Source: Roseburia sp.
Lineage (GTDB): Bacteria > Bacillota > Clostridia > Lachnospirales > Lachnospiraceae
Direction of reading: 5' to 3'
DNA length: 64,000 nt
NCBI GenBank assembly: GCA_026168605.1
Contig: JAPFDX010000034.1
Coordinates: forward strand, 12,887 to 76,886
This document shows positions 39,563 to 49,672 of this stretch, one piece after another. A program made the translations under genes and the position numbers. The notes under the pieces are model-generated. The model saw only the letters and a program-made list of their open reading frames with translations, was not told the DNA's origin and ran no database searches. Each line of letters begins with the position of its first letter. Positions within the stretch are counted from its first letter, which is position 1.

Positions 39563-39617
39563 ATTATATGTTTATTTGTGTTGTTTGTCAATAACATTAT
39601 GTTGTTTTATGTTGTTT
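39563..39617 (-). promoter_or_regulatory. Consensus sigma-A promoter of the microcompartment operon overlapped by four 10-bp direct repeats (candidate DeoR operator)
   Basis: TTGACA (39586-39591)-N17-TATAAT (39563-39568). Plus-strand repeats: tatgtttatt 39567, tgtgttgttt 39577, tatgttgttt 39598, tatgttgttt 39608. Confidence 0.75.
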
Positions 39618-39660
39618 TTATCATGATGCTTATGAAGAAAAACAAAAATATCCTTTTGAA

Positions 39661-39695
39661 GAAAACCAGGGGGTAAAACTTTTGTTCCACCCCCC
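39661..39695 (-). terminator. Terminator after the monosaccharide ABC operon
   Basis: GGGGGT(GG)AAC-AAAA-GTT(TT)ACCCCC followed by TGGTTTTC. Confidence 0.55.
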
Positions 39696-39708
39696 GCCCT
39701 CTTATTTC

Positions 39709-40848
39709 TTATTCGTAAAGAATTGGAGCAATATCTTCATCTTCCATATTCTCCGCCGTATACCACTTACAGCCGGTATCTACATCAGACACCGTCTCTC
39801 CCTTTGCCGCAGAAACGGCAAGCTCTACCGTCTTGTAACCGATCGCGATCGGATCCTGTGTCACAGCGCCGGAGAGTGTGCCGGACTTAATTGCATCCAT
39901 GATCACCTTACCGGAGTCAAAGGCAACTCCAACCACACCGTCTGCGCCGAGCTTATGCAGGTTTGCATCTGCATTTACAAGCCCTTCACCGGAGAACTGG
40001 TTTGAAGCATAGACAGCGATAATGTCCTCTTTGTTCAGGAGCGCAGAACCGTCTGCCACAGAGAGCTCAGCCTGTACAGCCGCCGGAACAACAACCTCAA
40101 TGATCACATCCGCGCCATCTACCGTACCGCCACACTTGTCCACAAAATTTGTATGACCTTCGATAGAAACTTTCTTTCCAGCAGCCTCCGCCAATGATTT
40201 CATCTTATCCACAAATCCATAACCACGGTTTAAAATCGACTCTGCCGTTGCATCCTGCGACATGACACCGATTCTTACCGGCTCTGTCGCATCTGTAATC
40301 TTGCTCTCGATCAGCTTGTAGGTCTCCTCTGCTGCAAGTTCACCCGCCGCATAGTTGTCAGTTGCAGCATTCGCATACACAGCGCCTTCCGGAGCATCCG
40401 GAACACCGGAGTCAAATCCAATGATCGGGATCTGGGAATCCTGCGCCACTTTGATCAGATCAATACAAGCCTCTGTGTCAAGAGCTGCCAGACCGATCGC
40501 TGCAGGCTTCAGGTTGATGGCATTATTCAACATCTGCACCTGCTCCTGAATATCGCTCTCTGAAGCCGGTCCAACCATCTCCATCTTTACACCGTATTCT
40601 CCCGCTGCTTCCAGAGCTCCCTGATACACCGCCTGCCAATACTGATGCTGGAATCCTTTGGATACCAGATAAATCAGCATCTCCTCGTCAGATCCTGCAT
40701 CTCCCGACTCCGCAGCAACCTCTGTGCCACCGGCATCCGGCGTGTCCGGCGTAGTGGTCGTCGGCTCTGCCGGCTTTTCCCCACATCCCGCAAGCAACGC
40801 TGCAGCCATGGATACGCACAACAATGCGCTCAATAATTTTCGTTTCAT
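39709..40848 (-). CDS. Sugar ABC transporter substrate-binding lipoprotein (RbsB-like)
   Basis: Lipobox LLAGC, KGFQHQYW, IGFDSG, VTQDP. Confidence 0.88.
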   Translation of the reverse strand: MKRKLLSALLCVSMAAALLAGCGEKPAEPTTTTPDTPDAGGTEVAAESGDAGSDEEMLIYLVSKGFQHQYWQAVYQGALEAAGEYGVKMEMVGPASESDIQEQVQMLNNAINLKPAAIGLAALDTEACIDLIKVAQDSQIPIIGFDSGVPDAPEGAVYANAATDNYAAGELAAEETYKLIESKITDATEPVRIGVMSQDATAESILNRGYGFVDKMKSLAEAAGKKVSIEGHTNFVDKCGGTVDGADVIIEVVVPAAVQAELSVADGSALLNKEDIIAVYASNQFSGEGLVNADANLHKLGADGVVGVAFDSGKVIMDAIKSGTLSGAVTQDPIAIGYKTVELAVSAAKGETVSDVDTGCKWYTAENMEDEDIAPILYE

Positions 40849-40907
40849 ACTTCTACCTCCCAATAGAATTTTTTATTTTATGTCCCTGCAAAGGGGTACA
40901 TACACAA

Positions 40908-41924
40908 TTAGTTTTTGCTCTTTTTCCTCCGGTTGTAGACATCGGCAAACACCGCGATGATCAGCACAAAACCCGTGATAAACTGCTGATACTGGTTCTG
41001 CAATCCGACAAACGGAAGACCTATCTTTAAGACAGACATGATAAACACACCAATCAGAGTTCCGGCGATCGTTCCATAACCGCCGCTCATACTCGTACCG
41101 CCAATGACAACTCCGGCAATCGCATCAAGTTCCATACCGCCTCCGTTGCCCGGAAGGAGAGTGGAATAGGTTGCGGCGTATGCAACGCCTGCAATTCCCG
41201 CAAACGTCCCGCTGAACACATAGGCAAGGGTCTCATATTTTGCAATATTGACACCCGAAAGTCTGGTTGCCTCTTTATTGCTTCCAAGCGCAAGAATATA
41301 ACGTCCCGTTTTTGTCTTATTTAAAATGACAGACATCAAAACCGCAAAAAGAATCAGCAGAATGAATCCTGTCGGTATCATGAGAAGTCCATTATCCGTC
41401 TGTAATGTTACCTTAAAGATATTGCGGAACCATCCGCCTGACTCCGAACTCTGTGGCCATGTTACGCTCTGCGCCCTTGTAAAAATAGAACCGAGACCTT
41501 TGGAGATCATCATCGTACCAAGCGTTGCAATAAAAGGCGGAAGTCCCATCTTTGATACCATAAGACCGTTGCAAAGACCAAACATTGCACCGATCAGGAT
41601 GCCCACGATCAGACACACTCCAACCGGGAGATCATACTTTGTCGCCAGTGTTCCTGAGATCAGGGAAGAACATACCAGCACCGTTCCGATGGACAAGTCA
41701 ATCCCTCCTGTGATGATCGCGAATGTCACACCGATCGCCATAAACCCTATATAGTAGGAGGCATCCATGATACTTACAAACGTGCTGTACTGCCGGAACG
41801 ACGGCGAAGCCACGCAAAAAAAGATAAACAACACGCACAATGCAAGAAGCGCGATCAGACGCTGCGTCCCCACAGCTTTTACAACCGGATTATCCGTAAA
41901 CTTTTTTTTGTTCTTATCAGACAT
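40908..41924 (-). CDS. Sugar ABC transporter permease (RbsC-like)
   Basis: TGGIDLSIG, LPPFIATLG, GSNKEATRLSG, ELDAIAGVVIGG. Confidence 0.92.
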   Translation of the reverse strand: MSDKNKKKFTDNPVVKAVGTQRLIALLALCVLFIFFCVASPSFRQYSTFVSIMDASYYIGFMAIGVTFAIITGGIDLSIGTVLVCSSLISGTLATKYDLPVGVCLIVGILIGAMFGLCNGLMVSKMGLPPFIATLGTMMISKGLGSIFTRAQSVTWPQSSESGGWFRNIFKVTLQTDNGLLMIPTGFILLILFAVLMSVILNKTKTGRYILALGSNKEATRLSGVNIAKYETLAYVFSGTFAGIAGVAYAATYSTLLPGNGGGMELDAIAGVVIGGTSMSGGYGTIAGTLIGVFIMSVLKIGLPFVGLQNQYQQFITGFVLIIAVFADVYNRRKKSKN

Positions 41925-41936
41925 TTCTTATTCCCC

Positions 41937-43430
41937 CTAATCCCTTAGCGTTGCCGCTGTCATAATATTTTCCTGGGAAGCTTCCTCAATCGGTATCTCT
42001 CCGGTGATCCTTCCCTCACACATCACCACAATGCGGTCACTCATTCGCAACACTTCCGGCAACTCCGACGAAATCATGATAATGGATTTTCCCTGTCCTG
42101 CCAGTTCGTTCATCAGATGATAAATTTCACTTTTGGCACCGACATCAATTCCTCTTGTGGGCTCATCAAAGATTAAAACATCACAGTCTCTGACCAGCCA
42201 CTTGGCAATAACTACCTTCTGCTGGTTTCCACCGGAAAGATTGCCGACTGCTGTTTCCACGGTAGGAGTCTTGGTCTTTAATTTTGTGACATACTGTTCT
42301 GTCACATGACGCTCTTTTTTCTCGTCGATAAAAAGTCCCTTCTGATACTCCTCCATTGTCGCCATCGTAGAATTCTCTGTGATCGTCTTATCCAAAATGA
42401 TCCCATACCGCTTTCTGTCCTCAGACAGATAGCCAATCCCTGCCGCCACTGCATCCTGCGGGCATTTAATCTCAACCTTTTTGCCATTCATATAAATCTC
42501 GCCGCTCTCCACCGGATCCGCGCCAAAGATCGCCCGCGCCGTCTCCGTTCGCCCGGCTCCCATCAGCCCCGCAAAACCAAGGATCTCTCCCCTGTGCAGA
42601 TCAAAGCTGACGTCTTTTACCATCTTTCCGGCATTGAGATGGCGAACACTCAGGACAACCGGTGCATCTGCCGCAACCATACTCTTTTGTTTTGGCTCCT
42701 CATAAATCACACGTCCAACCATCATATTGATGATATCTTCTTTTGTGCAGTCCTTTGTGATCAGGGTTCCCACATATTCTCCGTCACGCATGACCGTCAC
42801 GCGGTCGGTAATGACTTTGATCTCATCCATACGGTGCGAGATATAAATGATCCCAAGACCTTTTTCCCGCAGATCCCGGATGATCTTAAACAATTCCTCT
42901 ATCTCGGCATCCGTCAGAGCCGCTGTCGGTTCATCAAAAACGATCAGCTTCACTTCTCTTGAAATCGCTTTCGCGATCTCGCACATCTGCTGTTTGCCGA
43001 CAGTGAGATCCCCCATCGTCTCCGCAGGATCGATCTCAATATTAAGTCTTTCAAACAAGGCTTTCGCATCCTCGTTCATCTTCTTGTCATTGATGATCTT
43101 CCCATTCATCGCCTCTCTGCCGATAAAAATATTCTGGGCAACCGTCAGATGATTCATCATGTTAAGTTCCTGATGAACAATTGCAATCCCCGCATCCTGT
43201 GCTTCTTTGGGATTTTTAAATTCCACCTCTCGTCCTTCATATGTAATGGTTCCGGAATCCTTGGAATAAATTCCCGTCAAAATCTTCATCAGGGTGGACT
43301 TGCCTGCACCATTTTCACCCATCAACGCGTGCACCTCTCCCTTTTGCAGGTCAAAGTCAACTCCCTTCAGGGCGTGTACACCGGTAAAGGATTTGTCAAT
43401 CCTTTCCATACGCAATATTGTTTCCCCCAC
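41937..43430 (-). CDS. Sugar ABC transporter ATP-binding protein (RbsA-like)
   Basis: GENGAGKST, FDEPT, LSGGNQQKV, DEPTRGIDVGAK. Confidence 0.95.
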   Translation of the reverse strand: MGETILRMERIDKSFTGVHALKGVDFDLQKGEVHALMGENGAGKSTLMKILTGIYSKDSGTITYEGREVEFKNPKEAQDAGIAIVHQELNMMNHLTVAQNIFIGREAMNGKIINDKKMNEDAKALFERLNIEIDPAETMGDLTVGKQQMCEIAKAISREVKLIVFDEPTAALTDAEIEELFKIIRDLREKGLGIIYISHRMDEIKVITDRVTVMRDGEYVGTLITKDCTKEDIINMMVGRVIYEEPKQKSMVAADAPVVLSVRHLNAGKMVKDVSFDLHRGEILGFAGLMGAGRTETARAIFGADPVESGEIYMNGKKVEIKCPQDAVAAGIGYLSEDRKRYGIILDKTITENSTMATMEEYQKGLFIDEKKERHVTEQYVTKLKTKTPTVETAVGNLSGGNQQKVVIAKWLVRDCDVLIFDEPTRGIDVGAKSEIYHLMNELAGQGKSIIMISSELPEVLRMSDRIVVMCEGRITGEIPIEEASQENIMTAATLRD

Positions 43431-43564
43431 AGTTTCACCTTCCTTTTGTTCTCTTGTTTTCTGCTTCTACTATAATCAATTTCCGTTCGGATAAGAATGT
43501 AATATTTTACCAAAATAGGTTAAATTTTTACCACAAGAAAATAAATCAAACCACAAAAATCCAC

Positions 43565-43599
43565 AAAAAATCCGGACAGATCTTCTGCCCGGATTTTTT
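43565..43599 (-). terminator. Terminator after the fucosidase gene
   Basis: aaaaaatccgg-acagatcttctgc-ccggatttttt. Confidence 0.75.
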
Positions 43600-43600
43600 C

Positions 43601-44908
43601 TTATCCCTTTAATATGATTTTTAAAACGGTATCCATTTTATCCGGAAGCGGATAGGTAAATACCGGATTCTCACCAAACGAGACAAAAGCCACATCGTTA
43701 TACAGCACGGTATTCCATGCCTCCCCACGCTTCATCTCGCTGCCGTTTTCCACGTAATAGACCTTATCCAGCCGCTCAGGCGCAATTCCGTAAAGTGGCA
43801 GTGCCCCCAGGGGTTCCTCATAGACATGGGCGTAAATGGTATTGCCCTTCTTTGTATATCTGCCCCACTCCGGCTTCGGCAGCTCGCAGATGCCGCAGCC
43901 ATAGATGCTCTCGCCGTTCTTTTTCATCCATGCGCCGATTTTCTCCAGAATCTCCCTGCTCTGATTTGGGATATTCCCCCTTGCGTCCGGCCCGACATTT
44001 AAGATCATATTGCCGCCCTTGCTGACGCATTCCACGAGTTTTCGCACAAGCATCTCCGGCGACTTGTAATCATAGTCGTAGTTGCAGAAGCCCCAGTGGT
44101 TATTCATCGTCGCGCAAAGCTCCCACGGAATCTGCTCACCCAGCTCATCCTGCACGCCTCCCGGCGGAATGATCTGCTCCGGACTTGCAAAATCCCCGCT
44201 GTAGATCAAAGGATTTGCCGTCGCGATGCTTCCGTGATTATCTCCTGCTCCCTCCAGACGGTTGTCGATGACAACGTCCGGCTGGTGCTCGCGCACCATG
44301 CGGATCAGGTCTGTCGCCTTCCACTTCTCCCCGCACATATCGTCGTAGGAGAAATCAAACCACAACAGATCCAGCTTTCCATAATTGGTCACAAGCTCTT
44401 TTACCTGCCCGTGCATATAGGTCAGATAGCGGTCGAAATCGATCTTCTCATCCTTATATTCCTCACGGTTTCTCATCGGGTGCTGCTTGTCTCCATACTT
44501 TGGAAAATCCGGATGATGCCAGTCGATGATTGAAAAATACAGACCGACCTTGATCCCCTCTGCGCGAAACGCCTCCAGAAACTCCCGCACCAAATCCCTG
44601 CCGGCTTTTGTGTTTGTCGCCTTATAATCCGTCAGCGCCGAATCAAACAGGCAGAAGCCGTCATGATGCTTTGCCGTGAACACCGCATACTTCATTCCTG
44701 ACGCTTTTGCAAGGCGCGCCCACTCCCTCGGCTGATAGTCCGCAGGATCAAACAGATCAAAATATTTCTCATATTCTGCAACTGTCATCTCGCGCTCCGA
44801 CATCACCCATTCCCCGCACGCCGGAATCGCATACAGCCCCCAGTGAATGAACATACCGAATCTTGCGTCCATAAACCATTTTGTTCTCTCTCTGATTTCC
44901 TGATTCAT
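43601..44908 (-). CDS. Alpha-L-fucosidase (GH29)
   Basis: WFMDARFGMFIHWGLY, TAKHHDGF, LWFDF, WELCATMN, SKGGNMILNVGP. Confidence 0.92.
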   Translation of the reverse strand: MNQEIRERTKWFMDARFGMFIHWGLYAIPACGEWVMSEREMTVAEYEKYFDLFDPADYQPREWARLAKASGMKYAVFTAKHHDGFCLFDSALTDYKATNTKAGRDLVREFLEAFRAEGIKVGLYFSIIDWHHPDFPKYGDKQHPMRNREEYKDEKIDFDRYLTYMHGQVKELVTNYGKLDLLWFDFSYDDMCGEKWKATDLIRMVREHQPDVVIDNRLEGAGDNHGSIATANPLIYSGDFASPEQIIPPGGVQDELGEQIPWELCATMNNHWGFCNYDYDYKSPEMLVRKLVECVSKGGNMILNVGPDARGNIPNQSREILEKIGAWMKKNGESIYGCGICELPKPEWGRYTKKGNTIYAHVYEEPLGALPLYGIAPERLDKVYYVENGSEMKRGEAWNTVLYNDVAFVSFGENPVFTYPLPDKMDTVLKIILKG

Positions 44909-44919
44909 TTCTCCTCCAT

Positions 44920-46182
44920 TTACTCCGCTCTAAATTCCTCAAGCGCAACCGACGCTCCGCCGTGTTTCCGGCTCTTTTCTGCCGCGAGCGCGAGCAGATG
45001 TGAGTCAACCGCAGAAACAGCGCTGCTTAGGTTCCGTTCCTTATCCTTCTGTGCGATCATGCGCACAAACTGCTTCATCATTGCGGCGTCACTTCCGCTG
45101 TGTCCACCGGAAGGTGCATTTAAATCGATCACCGTCTTCTGCCCGGTCGCAAAGTCCACAACCTCGATCCGGTTATCCTCCATCCATCCGCTGATCTGCC
45201 CGTGGCTGCCCTGTAATCGGATGATCCGCTCACAGCGATCCGTAAATGCACTCATCGTAAGGCTGACTGTCACGCCGCCCTCAAATTCCATGTTGACGAT
45301 CTGGTGGTCTGCCACATCATTGTCACAGTGATAGACACATCGCCCGTAAGGACCGCTCTTTAACGCATCCAAAAGTCCCGCATCCGTATCGTCCATCGTC
45401 ACCACACGCCGGAAACCGTCCTCCTTTGCCTTCGGGTGCTCCAGATAAAAGCGCGGCGCGTAGTAAGGGCAGGCGTCTCTGTGCGTGCATCCATCCATAC
45501 AGTACTGCGGCGCTCCCTCGGGCGCTCTCTCCTCACAAAAATGGCTTCTGTTCCCAAAGCTGGAAACGCTCTTGCAGTCCGCGTCCACAAGCCACAGCAG
45601 AATGTCAAAATCATGACAGCACTTTGCCAGAATCATCGGGCAGCTCTCGCTGCTGTTTCTCCAGTTGCCGCGCACAAAGCTGTGCGCCATATGCCAGTAA
45701 CCCACACATTCCATGTGCTGGATATTCATCAGCGACCCGATGCGCCCCTCCGCGAGCAGCTCCTTGATTTTCGTAAAAAACGGAGAATAGCGCAATACAT
45801 GGGCAACGCTGATAATTCCGTCATATTCCATCGCTAACTGCCGGATGGCGAGCAATTCTTCTTTGTCCGGCGTAATCGGTTTTTCACACAAAATGTCATA
45901 TCCCTTTTGAGCCGCAAGCTTTAACGGCTCAAAGTGCATCTTATCCTGTGTGCAGATCAGCACACAGTCGGCAAATTTCGGACGCTCCAAAAGCTCTCTC
46001 CAGTCGCTCGCGCAATTTTCTTCACTGATCCCATGCAGTGTCTGAAACTCCTGTCTGCGATCCTCGCGCGGCTCTGCCACCGCTACAAACTTTAATTCAT
46101 TCGGATAACGAAGCGCGTAGGTCGCATAGGCGTCCGCCCCGCGCTGTCCCGCTCCGATCAAAATAGCTGTTACCTGCTTCAT
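44920..46182 (-). CDS. Gfo/Idh/MocA family oxidoreductase
   Basis: IGAGQRG, CEKP, VAHVLRY, KCCHDFD, HSGSD. Confidence 0.88.
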   Translation of the reverse strand: MKQVTAILIGAGQRGADAYATYALRYPNELKFVAVAEPREDRRQEFQTLHGISEENCASDWRELLERPKFADCVLICTQDKMHFEPLKLAAQKGYDILCEKPITPDKEELLAIRQLAMEYDGIISVAHVLRYSPFFTKIKELLAEGRIGSLMNIQHMECVGYWHMAHSFVRGNWRNSSESCPMILAKCCHDFDILLWLVDADCKSVSSFGNRSHFCEERAPEGAPQYCMDGCTHRDACPYYAPRFYLEHPKAKEDGFRRVVTMDDTDAGLLDALKSGPYGRCVYHCDNDVADHQIVNMEFEGGVTVSLTMSAFTDRCERIIRLQGSHGQISGWMEDNRIEVVDFATGQKTVIDLNAPSGGHSGSDAAMMKQFVRMIAQKDKERNLSSAVSAVDSHLLALAAEKSRKHGGASVALEEFRAE

Positions 46183-46211
46183 ATCTCCCTCCATCGTCTA
46201 TCCAAAACACC

Positions 46212-47057
46212 TTAGCCCTTGACAGCTCCGCCGGAAAGCGCTTCGACAAAAAACTTGTTAAACACGCAGTACAGAATGATCGGCGGAAGAATAATGACAA
46301 CCATCGCGGAGAAAAGTCCGTTGTAATTTGTACGGAACGCCGTCGTAAACGTCGACAGCAGCGCCGGCACCGTCATCTTATTCCGGTCGATAATGACAAG
46401 CGACGCCCAGTAGTACTCATTCCAGTTGTTAAAGAACGCAAGTACGGCAGCGGTCAGGATTCCCGGTCTCGCAATCGGGAAGATGACTCTCCACCAAGTC
46501 TGCACATAGCCGCAGCCATCGATGCGTGCCGCCTCCTCCAGTTCCTTTGGGATATTTCCATAATAATTGCGAATGACAATAAAGCTGACTGCAATACCGC
46601 TGCAGGCATAAATCATGATCAGCGCAGCCCGCGTATCATAAATATTGAGTCTGTTCACAAGATTGTACACCGGATACGTCAGAGCTGTCGCCGGAATGAA
46701 CATCGTCGAATAGAGCATCATGCTGACGATCTTCTTCCCCTTGAACTCCATGCGCGCTACCACATAAGCGGACATCGAGATCATAAGCATACTGACAATG
46801 ACTGAAACCCCGGCAATCCACATACTGTTGCCGAAATACCGCATCACATGAAGATCCCGGAAAGTGGAGATGTAGCCGTCCAGACAGATCGACTCCGGCA
46901 GCATAAAGCCGGGTCTCGCCAGAGGATCCTCCTTAAAACTTGACATCACCAGCCAGACGATCGGCACAAGGGAGACCAGCAATGCCCATGCAAGACAAAT
47001 ATAAGTAAAAATCCTTGTTGCCGTAGATATTGTTTTTATAGGTTTCTGCTTTTTCAT
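46212..47057 (-). CDS. Carbohydrate ABC permease (MalG-like)
   Basis: EAA loop ELEEAARIDG, WNEYYW. Confidence 0.92.
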   Translation of the reverse strand: MKKQKPIKTISTATRIFTYICLAWALLVSLVPIVWLVMSSFKEDPLARPGFMLPESICLDGYISTFRDLHVMRYFGNSMWIAGVSVIVSMLMISMSAYVVARMEFKGKKIVSMMLYSTMFIPATALTYPVYNLVNRLNIYDTRAALIMIYACSGIAVSFIVIRNYYGNIPKELEEAARIDGCGYVQTWWRVIFPIARPGILTAAVLAFFNNWNEYYWASLVIIDRNKMTVPALLSTFTTAFRTNYNGLFSAMVVIILPPIILYCVFNKFFVEALSGGAVKG

Positions 47058-48016
47058 TATTTCCTTCCTCCTTCTCCGCTGCCGTGCTTTCTACGGAACG
47101 AAATACTATACAGCAGATTAACAAGAACAATGATGACCAGTCCTGCCAGAATCTGAACGACAGCAACCGTATTTGCCCGCCCGAACTGCGTGCGCGGACT
47201 TGTGATCGCAAGCTCACGGATGATGTAACTGATACTGTACGTTCCCGCCGCACCCTTCGTCAGGAAGTATACTTCATTATATATCAGAAAGCTTCCGGTC
47301 GCCGCCAGAATGGAAACCGTCCGCAAAGTGTCCTTTATCATTGGCAAAACGATATACCAGTCCTGCTTTAAACCGCTCGCACCGTCAAGCATCGCCGCCT
47401 CTCGAACCTCCTGCGGCACAGCCATAATATTTCCGAGAATCAGAAGCGTCGTCGTACCGGTAAAGAATATGTAAGCGCCGGTCAGCGCCCAAAACGCCGG
47501 TCCTTTCAGCAAAAGGATATTTTCCGTGAACCCCTCCTCAAACACCTGAATGATCGGGTTCACGATTCCGTACAGCGGGCTGTACAGTTGAAGAAAAATC
47601 ATACCCATCGCAGCCGAAGAAATCATATTTGGAATAATATAAATGTTGCGAACCAGTTTCACCCCACGCATTTTCCGTGAAAAAGCAAGCGCGATCAAAG
47701 TCGCCACCGGAATCTGTAAAAAGACTCCTAAAAACGCCCACAAGCTGGAGTTTCGCAGTGCTTCCCAGAAATATGGGTAGGTCGAAAAAATGTATTTGTA
47801 GTTGTTAAACATATCCTTGAATCCAAGAAATTCAGGACTTGTAATATTTGTGTAATCCCATTTGCAAAAAGAAGTGAGTACCACCGTAATGATTGGATAA
47901 AGATAAAATACGGTAAACGCAATGACAGTCGGCGCCAGAAACGCAAAGATAAATCCTCTCCTGCGCCATGCCTGCCTGCCTTTTGCTCCCGTATCCGCCG
48001 TATTCGTCGTTTTCAT
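47057..48016 (-). CDS. Carbohydrate ABC permease (MalF-like)
   Basis: EAAMLDGAS; start at MKTTN behind GAGGAGG. Confidence 0.9.
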   Translation of the reverse strand: MKTTNTADTGAKGRQAWRRRGFIFAFLAPTVIAFTVFYLYPIITVVLTSFCKWDYTNITSPEFLGFKDMFNNYKYIFSTYPYFWEALRNSSLWAFLGVFLQIPVATLIALAFSRKMRGVKLVRNIYIIPNMISSAAMGMIFLQLYSPLYGIVNPIIQVFEEGFTENILLLKGPAFWALTGAYIFFTGTTTLLILGNIMAVPQEVREAAMLDGASGLKQDWYIVLPMIKDTLRTVSILAATGSFLIYNEVYFLTKGAAGTYSISYIIRELAITSPRTQFGRANTVAVVQILAGLVIIVLVNLLYSISFRRKHGSGEGGRK

Positions 48017-48035
48017 TGCATACCTCCTCGCCATG

Positions 48036-48074
48036 AAAAAGAGGGAAAGAGCCATTCCCTTCTTTCCCTCTTTC
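48036..48074 (-). terminator. Stem-loop between the binding-protein and permease genes
   Basis: gagggaaagag-ccattcc-ctctttccctc, flanked by aaaaa on the plus strand (U-tract on the mRNA). Confidence 0.6.
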
Positions 48075-48096
48075 TGCCTTTGCTCTTTTGATATAA

Positions 48097-49449
48097 CTAG
48101 CCGATCAACGCTGTCAGTTCCTGCTTCAACAGTTCGAAGCGCTCATCAATATCAGTTCCTGACACCGCAGATTCCATCAGCGCATTGATGATTGCATTTC
48201 CAACATCAGCTCCCCATACGGAGTTTAAGTTCACAACGATTGTCTCAGCCGCGTTTACCTGTGCGCAAGCGTCTGCAAGCTTCATGGTGATCGGATCCCC
48301 GCTCTCCTCAGCCAGCTTATTTAAATCAAGCGTCGTGTTGCACGGATTCGCCTGAACGCCGGTAAAGATCTTTGCCTGTACCTCCGCGCTCGTCATGTAC
48401 TCAATAAACTCCAGCGCGAGCTGTGTTTTCTCCTCGCTCATTCCGTTTGCAACAGAAAGTCCTGCTCCCGCAGTAGACAAGGAAACGTTGCCCGGGAAGA
48501 TCGCCGGCTCAATGCTGTCTGCAAGACCCGCGTCAATACCGCTGGCATTCCATACGCCGTTAAATAAAACCGCCGCCGTTCCACTTGTATTAAAGTCAGC
48601 CATCAGATTGCCGACGTCCTCAGTCGTATGATCCGAACCGTTTGCCTGATCAAACTCCGCCGTCTTTTTAAATGCCTCTGCAAAAGCTTCTGATTCAATC
48701 GCATCCACTGTAAGCTCAGACCCAAGAAGCGCTTTCCCTTCCTCGCTGGAAGCAAGCATTGCATTTAACATGAACAGAGAACCCTGACCTGCCGCGTAGC
48801 CGTAAGTACCGTCGCCGAGTCCGCGTACGCTCTCCATCGCACTTCCAAAACCTTCCCATGTCGTCAGGTCTTCCGCAGTCACACCCGCTTTCTCCAGAAC
48901 CGCCTTATTGTACCAGATACCGCGGCTCTCTACCTGATCGTGCACCGTGTAGATATGTCCGTCCACATCGTTCTGTGTGTAGTTGATGCCGACAGCATCC
49001 TGCAGGTTATTCTCGTCGATAAACGGTTTTAAGTCATACACAAGCCCCTGGCTGATCGCAGCCTGCGGAAGCGGTGTACCGCAGTCCACCATATCCGGAA
49101 AGTTTCCGCCGGCAACCTGAACACTGACGATCTGGTCTCTGTCCTCCACTGCGATCGGTTTAAATGTCACCGGACCGTCTGCATGAGCGCTAGCAAACTC
49201 ATCATAGATATCTCTCATCACCTTTGCCGCCGGCCACTCACTCTCATCATGGTAATAGCCGTGATAAAACTCAAGCACCTCTCCACTTTCTGCCGCCGGA
49301 GTCGACGCAGTCTCTGTTCCCTCAACCGCGGCTCCGCCTTCTGCTCCGGTACCTGTGCCGGTCTGCTCTGCCGGTTTCTCTCCGCAGCCTGCAAGCAGTG
49401 CAGCTCCCATCGCCACGGTAAGCACCCCACTGATCCATCTTCTTTTCAT
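48097..49449 (-). CDS. Oligosaccharide ABC transporter binding lipoprotein
   Basis: Lipobox LLAGC; extracellular solute-binding family motifs (FPDMVD, WYNK, FNGVW). Confidence 0.88.
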   Translation of the reverse strand: MKRRWISGVLTVAMGAALLAGCGEKPAEQTGTGTGAEGGAAVEGTETASTPAAESGEVLEFYHGYYHDESEWPAAKVMRDIYDEFASAHADGPVTFKPIAVEDRDQIVSVQVAGGNFPDMVDCGTPLPQAAISQGLVYDLKPFIDENNLQDAVGINYTQNDVDGHIYTVHDQVESRGIWYNKAVLEKAGVTAEDLTTWEGFGSAMESVRGLGDGTYGYAAGQGSLFMLNAMLASSEEGKALLGSELTVDAIESEAFAEAFKKTAEFDQANGSDHTTEDVGNLMADFNTSGTAAVLFNGVWNASGIDAGLADSIEPAIFPGNVSLSTAGAGLSVANGMSEEKTQLALEFIEYMTSAEVQAKIFTGVQANPCNTTLDLNKLAEESGDPITMKLADACAQVNAAETIVVNLNSVWGADVGNAIINALMESAVSGTDIDERFELLKQELTALIG

Positions 49450-49639
49450 TCAAAAACCTCCTTCTGACCTCCACCCTCCCGGGTTTTTGGTCTGCAATTT
49501 ATGAATTGCCTTTTGTTATGACCATATTGTACTACCTCTCTCCGTTATTTTGAATGAATTATATTGACCAAAAACATGAATATATTTACATTTTGCATAC
49601 AGATCAGTCAATTTTCCCCATATTTTTGTCTAATTAAAC

Positions 49640-49672
49640 AAAAGGACAGTCAGCACTGCCAACTGCCCTTTT
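49640..49672 (-). terminator. Terminator after the regulatory SBP gene
   Basis: aaaaggacagt ... actgccctttt. Confidence 0.6.
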
